From: an uncultured Gammaproteobacteria bacterium
GTDB taxonomy: Bacteria; Patescibacteriota; Microgenomatia; UBA12405; CAZGPK01
NCBI GenBank assembly: GCA_964527115.1
Contig: CAZGPK010000001.1
Location: 43,729 to 97,719 of the forward strand
Reading direction: 5' to 3'
DNA length: 53,991 bases
Shown: positions 26,359 through 33,851 of the stretch, in pieces
How positions within the stretch are numbered: the first letter of the stretch is position 1
Layout: the number at the start of each line of letters is the position of its first letter
Translations under genes and position numbers: made by a program
The notes under the pieces: model-generated
Told to the model about the DNA's origin: nothing
Databases searched by the model: none
What the model saw: the letters and a program-made list of their open reading frames with translations, nothing else

Positions 26359-27372
26359 TTATTTTTTTAGAATAGCAACAAGCTCCTTGTCGTTTTCTAT
26401 AAAGTGAACTATTTTGATAGCTTGGTTTAGATAACTTTGTAGGGAAGTGGTGAATTTTAGAAATGTGTGTTCATCCCAAACATGGTAATGAATATTGTAA
26501 TTAATTTTGACTAAATACTTTAGTATTTCAATAATTTTCTTTTTGTTTTTTAATTTTTCAACGAATTTTATCCAATCTGTTAAATGTTCTTTTTGTGAGT
26601 GTTTGGACTCTTCTAGGTCATCTTTTTTAAGATGGTCAAAAGTGGTAAGTTTTCTTTTTATATTGAAGGTATGGTTTTTATTTGGGACGGTGTAATAGAG
26701 ATAGCCTCCTTTTTTAATTTTTTTTAGATGATTTCTGATAGTTCCTAAAGGGTTTTGACAATGTTCGAGCATGTGGTTACAGATAATAAAATCAAGAGAA
26801 TTGTTTTTGATAGTATTTAATTTTTCACCATCATCAACAATGTCAACTTTAGTGAGTTTTTTACCTTTTAATTCAGGATATGTTTTTTTAAGAATAGTAG
26901 TTTCTTTAATGTCCACATATTTTACTTTTACATTGGATTTCACCCAGAGTGGGTTATGGAGAGCTCCAATTTTAATACCTTCACCGTTTATGTAAAGGCT
27001 ACTTGAAAAATGATGAACGTCTTTTTGGTTTAAAAATGCTGAGTTGTCGTCTGCTAGGAATTTAATACTCTTGGGGACTTTGATATCAAATACGTGATAT
27101 CCGTTGCCAATACCTGCTTTTAAAAGATCATTCCTGAATGTGTTTGCCTTGGTTCTAAATAATAGTTTCTTTGAATCATAAATTTGAAGGTCTACTGTTG
27201 TGTTAGGATTATCTTTGTTGAAAATCCAACCTGTAATTTTTTGATTACTGAAGGTGTCAAAATGGAATTTGTATTTTCGAAGAGGATCTTTCTTTTTTTG
27301 AGCAGAAAGTCTTTTTGAACTAGTTAGTTTGGGGAAAGCAAGTTTGGTTGCGGCGAAAGGATTTTTTTTCAA
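26359..27372 (-). CDS. Methyltransferase-domain protein with an N-terminal beta-rich accessory domain
   Basis: N-terminal GW......P.......A..FR.DL..AGIG.G.H.F; C-terminal G..IGALHNP, DF.I.NH.LEH..NP, H.H.W. Confidence 0.75.
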   Translation of the reverse strand: MKKNPFAATKLAFPKLTSSKRLSAQKKKDPLRKYKFHFDTFSNQKITGWIFNKDNPNTTVDLQIYDSKKLLFRTKANTFRNDLLKAGIGNGYHVFDIKVPKSIKFLADDNSAFLNQKDVHHFSSSLYINGEGIKIGALHNPLWVKSNVKVKYVDIKETTILKKTYPELKGKKLTKVDIVDDGEKLNTIKNNSLDFIICNHMLEHCQNPLGTIRNHLKKIKKGGYLYYTVPNKNHTFNIKRKLTTFDHLKKDDLEESKHSQKEHLTDWIKFVEKLKNKKKIIEILKYLVKINYNIHYHVWDEHTFLKFTTSLQSYLNQAIKIVHFIENDKELVAILKK

Positions 27373-27398
27373 AGTTATATTGTCATATATATCATGAC

Positions 27399-28072
27399 TT
27401 AAAACTCGGCTCCGTTTTGGATTGGCGTTATGGAAATTTCCTCGACTCCATTTATTTTTTGGAGTGTTTTGACCAGGGAATCAATATCGGTCCCTTTTTT
27501 TAAAGACACATTGGCACTGATTTCAAGGCTTTCGCCTTTTTTGTCAGATTGGATATTGATTGTCTCTTTCGTTTTTAGATATGGTTGAAGAGTTTTTTCG
27601 ATGTCTTGGGAACGAGTTTTTTTGTTTGAAGATTATAGATTAGCAGATAGTCAAAATTGTTAGTGTTCCCAAAATTAGTGAATTTTAATATGTAGGCAAG
27701 AATGCAGACAATGATAGTAGAGGTGATGGCAATGCTGGTTTCTCCTGCTCCAACAGCAAGACCTACCGCTAGAATCCAGAAAATGTAAACCATGTCCCTG
27801 GTGTCTTTGATAGGCGTTCTGAAACGAGTAACCGAAAAAGCACCAAAGACACCAATGGCTCGAGCAACATTATTATTGACGACGTTAATGATAAGAGCGA
27901 CAAGAGGAAGAAGCATGACGAGGCTGGTAACAAAACTTTGAGAATAAGAAACAGAGCGGTGAGTTTTTTTATAAGTGTAGGCAATAACAAAGGCAAGAAT
28001 CGTACCGATACTAAGATAGTAAAAAGTTGATAGGGGGTCTGAGAATGTTTTAATGAGGTCTTTAGTGTTCAT
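27399..28072 (-). pseudogene. DUF4956 membrane protein interrupted by a frameshift in an A7 run (pseudogene, phase-variable gene, recoded gene or assembly error)
   Basis: 165-aa ORF with RAIGVFGAFSV.RFRT..KD.RD..Y.F.....G...G. A -1 shift at ACA AAA AAA C (T run 27617-27623 on +) continues open as TRSQDIEK...GVEEISITPIQNGAEF to TAA at 27399, giving a 224-aa protein. Confidence 0.85.
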
Positions 28073-28079
28073 TTTTTGT

Positions 28080-28808
28080 TTATTCTAAATTATAAAGTTT
28101 GCTCACAGATTGGCAGTATTTGGAAAATGAGCCTCTTTTTAAATTGTTCATTTTAATTATATAGGAAAACCAGGGGGGAATAACACCATTAAATTTTACC
28201 TCCATTACTGCAAAATTGTGAAGAACATTTTTTGAATATATTTTATTAGGCTGGAAACTATCGACTTTGGCGGCTTTGATGTCATAGTCAAAGGTTATGC
28301 GAAAGTTTTTGTTGAATTTAGAAAAATAGGGTTTTCTTTTGTAGTGAACCAGAATACGAGGCTTAAGCCTAAGGGTTTGATATGAGTGGAAAATTTCAGA
28401 AAAAAGCGGAGGGTTTGTGTACCGAAGTTTGTTCCAGGTCGAAAGGGAAAAATTTGCTAAATGGTTTTGGTTTACCAATAAGCGATCTTTGATAATTATT
28501 GAATCTGATTTTCTTTTTATCTCAAAAAAAATAGGGGAATTTGGATTTTCGCAGTGTTCTTGATAGTAGCGAATGCGGAATTTTTTGCGATTTTTGAGAC
28601 CGTCTAGTTTTTCTTGATAGGAAATAAAATTGGGACTGTCAAGGTAGATACTGTTGACAAAATAGTGGTCTTTGTCGCCTGTGTAGGGGTCAGGTTTTAC
28701 AAAATTTGAGATGGAGGCCAAAATACTGTCTGCTAGGTTGGCTGGCATAACATATTTTAATTCAAAACGTCTAAAACTTAGTTTTGGCTTTTCCTTGTTA
28801 ATTTTCAT
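28080..28808 (-). CDS. VTC (polyphosphate polymerase, CYTH/TTM tunnel-fold) domain protein
   Basis: RFELKY, SIYLD, EK..G...R.K.RIR.Y, FEIKRK, Y.R..Y, RITFD, MEVKF, FSKY. Confidence 0.9.
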   Translation of the reverse strand: MKINKEKPKLSFRRFELKYVMPANLADSILASISNFVKPDPYTGDKDHYFVNSIYLDSPNFISYQEKLDGLKNRKKFRIRYYQEHCENPNSPIFFEIKRKSDSIIIKDRLLVNQNHLANFSLSTWNKLRYTNPPLFSEIFHSYQTLRLKPRILVHYKRKPYFSKFNKNFRITFDYDIKAAKVDSFQPNKIYSKNVLHNFAVMEVKFNGVIPPWFSYIIKMNNLKRGSFSKYCQSVSKLYNLE

Positions 28809-28814
28809 AAAGAG

Positions 28815-31800
28815 TTAATTTACCATAATTTTTGAATCATCCGTTTCCATTTTTTCTCCGGTGAAGGTGTTTTGATAATCAATATCTTTTTTATTGTTTG
28901 TGAATATTGTTTTAAAAACATCTGCGTAACCACCAGTGAAAAATTCCTTTTTTTGATAGGCGTTAATGCCAATGTTGTTGTTTTTGATAACATTATCTAG
29001 GATAGTTGCCTTAGAAGAGTCTTTAACTTCAATGCCAATATTACAACTATCTAGAATGTTATTGACAACTTTTGGGTAACTGTTTTCACCGATACTGATA
29101 CATTTATCTCCTGAGTTTTGAATGTCGTTTGCCTCAATTTGGACGCTGGAGCCGGAAATATCAATGGAGTCATTGCCATTGCCTTTAAAAGTGTTATTTT
29201 TGACAATTCCATCAACAAAATCAAGATCGATAGCATCAGCGCTATTGTTTTCAAAGTAGCAATTGCTGATTTCACTGGTTGAATATTTTAAATTTATTCC
29301 GTCATCTGATTGTGAATCATTAAAGGTGGAATTTTTGATAACGATATCAGCATGATAGGCAGAAAATTGGCCAGACAAATATAGATTGTTAACAAAAGTT
29401 TCTGATCCTCCACTAACTTTAACAAAATCTAAAACAGAACCGCTGGCTTCTTTTCCTATTATGGCAAAGACAGCAAAAGGGGCTTTGTCTGCTGATTGGA
29501 TTGTAATTGGTTTGTCTTTGGTCCCCAGTGCTTTAACGGGAGAATAGGATATTAATGAGGTGTTTTTGGCAAGGGATATTTTTACTCCAGGCTTAATGTT
29601 AACCGTGTATCCAGCCGGTATGATCAGGTTCTCGGATATGTGATATTCCCCTTCCAGGAGAACGAGCTCTTGGTTTGAAGTGTCTTTAATGAAAATATCG
29701 TTTTCAAATACTTCTTGCCAAGGGGTTTCTTGAGCAAGTTGGTCTGTGATTTTTACAAGTAAAGGGTCTTTGAGTTGATAGTTAGGATTTGTTTTGTATT
29801 TGGTATACATTGCGGGGAAGAAAAGATATTTACCTTGTGTATTGTCAAAATATATTAAATAATGAGGATATTCTTCTCCGGATTCGGCAAGATAGGAAAG
29901 ATATGAATTTAAATTATTGTCATCAAACATTTCTTTTGAAAAATTTTCATTTTCAAGAGAATCAAAAAGTTTTTTTAAAGTTTCGTGATCATTGGAGTTC
30001 AAGTGTGGGTCAGAGGATATTTTTTCCCAACTATCAAAGGAGGAGGTGTCATAGTTATTAGTTTTATAAATATCGGTGTCAAAGGTTAGCTTTTGGGTTT
30101 CATAAAAAGCTTTGTCTTCCTGGCTTTCGACAAGATGATAGTGATCGATGTAGAAATCATTTATATATAGATTGATATCAAGACTTACTGAGGGTGTTGG
30201 TAAATTGTATTTTTGTGAAATATCGATTGACCCTAGATATTTGTTGAATAAACTGTCTGGAATTAATAGGAATTTGTTCCTGTTTAAAAGATTTTTATCT
30301 GTGAAGGATAGTTTGAAGATATTTTGGAATGGGTCTTCTTTTTTAAATTTGACATTTTTGATTTTCACACCAGCAAATGTTACGCTCCCCTCATCTTTCC
30401 TGTCTTTGTTTTCAAGATAATGGTATGGATTTATGATAGGAAGGTTGATTGAGAATGTATCGAGCTTGTTATTGGATTGTGCTAGATTTAACTCATTGTT
30501 TGAATTGGAATCTTGTGGGCGAGAAAAATCCATAAAACAGTCTTTTAAGACCAGGCTATTTGTTTTTTTAATCGGTATGTCTTTACCCGTGAGTATGTTT
30601 TTTATTTTGATATCGAGCGGAAGTGCAAGGTTGATAGGAATTCTAAAGGTTGTTGGGCAGTTTTTTGCATATGGATATCCACCCTCCGCCTTTTCCCTAT
30701 CTGAAAAAATCTCCGAGGAATTATAGGGATTGGGGTGATAAACAAAATCGTTGTAAACTTCAATTTTAGGGATATCTTGGGAGTTTTTGTAAATACTTTC
30801 AATCGTTGCGTTGGCAGTGCCGGTGTAAGTCAGATACAGGAAATTATCTTGGATGTAATATTCAATGTTTCCTTCAGAGAGTTTGTTTTTGAGAAAAGTG
30901 TATCTGCTGTTTATTGTTTCCTTTAGTTCTTCTATTTTTGATAGGACATCTGCAGTAGATTGGTAGGCTCGATTTCCATTAGGATTCCCAAAAACACCAC
31001 CGAGATAGAGATCATATTTCAAATTATTTTCAAGTAGTAATTTATCTTTTTCAATGGCTGTAAACAAAGATTTTTTTAAAGAATTATCATTTATTGTTCC
31101 CCAGAGTTTTTGAGTAAAATCACGATTGAAATAAATATTTTTCCTTAATTTCTCAGTAAGAATAAACTTCATTTCTTCTACACCATCACCGGAGTCATAG
31201 TTCATTACCCATCCAACCGGATCCCAAACAATAGGGTAAAATTTACCGTTTTCTTTTAAGCCAAGAAACCAGTTATGAACACTATCAAAGTGAGCATTTT
31301 GTATGAGAGCGACATAAGTGTAAAAATCTAACAAATATTGGTAGTCAAAAAAAGAAGTTATTTGTTCAGCGCTTTTGTTGTTTATGCTTTCAAGAAAGGG
31401 GGTTAGGGTTGATTTGGAAGCGTAACCTCCGGAAATATTCCACTTATAGGGGTCAATAAAAAGTTCTGGACCGGATTTGCGAGATTCTCCAATATTTTCT
31501 CCCTGAAAGATAGCCCAAAAGTCAAAATTGTTTTGGGTGATGTATTGGCTATCAATCTCTTCACTTTCTTCAAATATTCCTTGATATTCGTTATTTATAA
31601 ATAAGCCGGTGTATTTCGTTTTGGGGGCGTATAGTTTGAGTTGGTTAGCAAGATCAAAGGCAATTTTTGTTGCTAGCAAATTGGCTGGTTTAGGATTTAT
31701 GAGATTGATTTTGCTTCCATCTTGCTTTTTGATGGTGATGGATTTTTTATCATAACCCCAATGGTAGAAATTATCTCCTCGATATTTAACCTCAACGGGT

Positions 31801-32168
31801 GTTTTTTGGTTATTAACCAAAATTTCGGCATTGAAATAATCCTTGCCGCTTTTTGGTAGATCCGAATTCATAATATTAAGATCGTAGGGCTTGACTAATA
31901 ACTCGAGGTAATTAAATCCGCTGTTTTCTAGAGATTTAATTATGCTTTTTTTACTAGTAAAAAAAGATTTTACTTTTTTTGTTGTTTTGACAAGATTTCT
32001 TTTTATGTAGGTTTTTGTATTGTTTATCTGGAAGTCATGCCAACTGGTATCTAAAGCGAAATGTTTTTCGTTAGAAATAACTTCCTGGAAAGAAAGTGCT
32101 GATAAAGATAATAAAAAGAAGGAGATGGCAATGCTGGCAACAATAGATATTTCTTTTATTTTTTTCAT
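28815..32168 (-). CDS. Secreted/anchored CotH-family kinase with a second degenerate CotH-like domain and a C-terminal right-handed beta-helix
   Basis: N-terminal TM; KYRG....H...KKS..I, F.N..Y.G.F...E.ID, D..HN, FYPIVWD; C-terminal DDG.N.K, DAID.D, GDK.IS.GE parallel beta-helix repeats. Confidence 0.85.
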   Translation of the reverse strand: MKKIKEISIVASIAISFFLLSLSALSFQEVISNEKHFALDTSWHDFQINNTKTYIKRNLVKTTKKVKSFFTSKKSIIKSLENSGFNYLELLVKPYDLNIMNSDLPKSGKDYFNAEILVNNQKTPVEVKYRGDNFYHWGYDKKSITIKKQDGSKINLINPKPANLLATKIAFDLANQLKLYAPKTKYTGLFINNEYQGIFEESEEIDSQYITQNNFDFWAIFQGENIGESRKSGPELFIDPYKWNISGGYASKSTLTPFLESINNKSAEQITSFFDYQYLLDFYTYVALIQNAHFDSVHNWFLGLKENGKFYPIVWDPVGWVMNYDSGDGVEEMKFILTEKLRKNIYFNRDFTQKLWGTINDNSLKKSLFTAIEKDKLLLENNLKYDLYLGGVFGNPNGNRAYQSTADVLSKIEELKETINSRYTFLKNKLSEGNIEYYIQDNFLYLTYTGTANATIESIYKNSQDIPKIEVYNDFVYHPNPYNSSEIFSDREKAEGGYPYAKNCPTTFRIPINLALPLDIKIKNILTGKDIPIKKTNSLVLKDCFMDFSRPQDSNSNNELNLAQSNNKLDTFSINLPIINPYHYLENKDRKDEGSVTFAGVKIKNVKFKKEDPFQNIFKLSFTDKNLLNRNKFLLIPDSLFNKYLGSIDISQKYNLPTPSVSLDINLYINDFYIDHYHLVESQEDKAFYETQKLTFDTDIYKTNNYDTSSFDSWEKISSDPHLNSNDHETLKKLFDSLENENFSKEMFDDNNLNSYLSYLAESGEEYPHYLIYFDNTQGKYLFFPAMYTKYKTNPNYQLKDPLLVKITDQLAQETPWQEVFENDIFIKDTSNQELVLLEGEYHISENLIIPAGYTVNIKPGVKISLAKNTSLISYSPVKALGTKDKPITIQSADKAPFAVFAIIGKEASGSVLDFVKVSGGSETFVNNLYLSGQFSAYHADIVIKNSTFNDSQSDDGINLKYSTSEISNCYFENNSADAIDLDFVDGIVKNNTFKGNGNDSIDISGSSVQIEANDIQNSGDKCISIGENSYPKVVNNILDSCNIGIEVKDSSKATILDNVIKNNNIGINAYQKKEFFTGGYADVFKTIFTNNKKDIDYQNTFTGEKMETDDSKIMVN

Positions 32169-33199
32169 AATTCAAAATCAATTTTTTCCTGAAGAGAAAG
32201 AAGGAGTAGTTCTATTTGAGGGTCGATTTTGGGAGAATCATGCTTGGCTTCAATTAAAACGTAGTGATATTTTGTTAAATCTAGGGGGGTACTAAGTTTG
32301 ATGTAAAGATAAGGATCAGGGCCGATGCTGTGAAAAATATTTTCTTTTTCTGCCACCATGTCTTTTGAGGTTGTCCACTTACTAAAGTCGTATATTTTTT
32401 CATTTTCAGCCTGTCCCCTTTTTTCTTGGGAATTAACGAAGTTGATAGAAGTAAGAATTAGCATTCCTTGGGGAGGATCAAGCCTAATCATGTTTGCCGT
32501 TTTTGAATTTTTTATGGGTATTAGATATTGATTTTTGTCTGTTTTGTCTTTGCAGCTTTGTTGTTCTGAAGTAAAGAAATCTGTTCCCCAATAAAAACAA
32601 AATGGTTCCACTTCTATTATTCTTTTTAGATACGGTTGAATTATGTTTTTAACGGAATAGAAGTCTCCTTTTTGAATGAGTAAGTTTCCCAGTTGAATAA
32701 TGGTTTCAATATTGTCAGCCTCTTGCGAAAGTACTTGATAATAACTTTCAATCGCTTCGTTTTCCTTCCCTTGTTTTTCTTGGGCCAGACCCAATTTAAA
32801 CCAACCAAGAGTTTGGCTTGGATTGATATTTATGTATTCTTTTGAAATTTTTTCAAGTTTTCCCCACTCTTGATTTTTGGTGTATATGTTTTGAGCCATA
32901 TCCAAAGCCTGGTTTTTTTGAGTTCGTATTGGTGACCACCATTGATTAACAGGAATAATTTCAGTATATTTTTGGATGAAAAAAATTTTTAGATCTGAAT
33001 CTTTAATTTTATTTATGCGGTTTAGTAATTCGCTCCAAAATATATTTTTTTTAGTCCAATAATATGATTCGATAAAATTTGAAGTTGTGAGATCTATATT
33101 TCCCCACTGAGTAATTTTAAAATCAGTAAAATACCAGAATAAAAAAGAAAAATTAATGATGATAGATAACGCTAATAAAAGGCGTTTTTTAAAAAACAT
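32165..33199 (-). CDS. Membrane-anchored TPR protein with C-terminal beta-sandwich-like domain
   Basis: N-terminal TM; P.....W..LG.....G....A...Y...L TPR pattern; C-terminal IRLDP and DPYL motifs; 4-nt overlap with the CotH gene. Confidence 0.75.
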   Translation of the reverse strand: MFFKKRLLLALSIIINFSFLFWYFTDFKITQWGNIDLTTSNFIESYYWTKKNIFWSELLNRINKIKDSDLKIFFIQKYTEIIPVNQWWSPIRTQKNQALDMAQNIYTKNQEWGKLEKISKEYININPSQTLGWFKLGLAQEKQGKENEAIESYYQVLSQEADNIETIIQLGNLLIQKGDFYSVKNIIQPYLKRIIEVEPFCFYWGTDFFTSEQQSCKDKTDKNQYLIPIKNSKTANMIRLDPPQGMLILTSINFVNSQEKRGQAENEKIYDFSKWTTSKDMVAEKENIFHSIGPDPYLYIKLSTPLDLTKYHYVLIEAKHDSPKIDPQIELLLLSLQEKIDFEL

Positions 33200-33207
33200 T
33201 TTTATAA

Positions 33208-33849
33208 TTAAATTTGTCCTATTGCAAAAATATGCATATGTAAAGGGCCAGGCTTGATCCAGGGGGCAAATTCAGCATAAGTAAAAATCTTAAGCTTGAT
33301 GGTGAATTTTTCTAGTGTATTTTCCAATATTTTTGGGGTAAAAAAGTTTAGGTGTGATTTTTCCAACATGTGCCACGGGACAACTTGGTATTTTGACATG
33401 ATTGGAATTACATCAATATTAGGAACAGAAATTAAAATGTTTTTTTTGGCAACCCTAAAGGCTTCTTTTAATGCCTCGTGTGGATTAGGTAAATGTTCAA
33501 GAACCTCTATCATGAGCACGGTATCAAATGATTTACTTTTAAACTTGAGATTTTGAGCATCCATGAGTTTAACCTTCAGTTTATTCTTTTGACATTTTTT
33601 TACATTTTCCTCGTTGTTTTCTATACCAGTACAGTTATGTCCCATGCTATTTAATCTTTTTAGATAAGTACCAATACCACAGCCAATATCTAATATTTTA
33701 TGTCCACTGTTGGTAGTAATATAGCCGAGCGTTTCTTCAGAGACAACAGGGCTTGGTGGACCGCTACCGTATATGTTGTTTCTATGGGGAATTAGTTTTT
33801 TTCTCTCAAAGTCTCTGAGTGCCTGATAGTAGGGTAGATTTGTATCCAT
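33208..33849 (-). CDS. Class I SAM-dependent methyltransferase
   Basis: ILDIGCGIG, FDTV..IEVLEHL, SVPN. Confidence 0.9.
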   Translation of the reverse strand: MDTNLPYYQALRDFERKKLIPHRNNIYGSGPPSPVVSEETLGYITTNSGHKILDIGCGIGTYLKRLNSMGHNCTGIENNEENVKKCQKNKLKVKLMDAQNLKFKSKSFDTVLMIEVLEHLPNPHEALKEAFRVAKKNILISVPNIDVIPIMSKYQVVPWHMLEKSHLNFFTPKILENTLEKFTIKLKIFTYAEFAPWIKPGPLHMHIFAIGQI

Positions 33850-33851
33850 CT

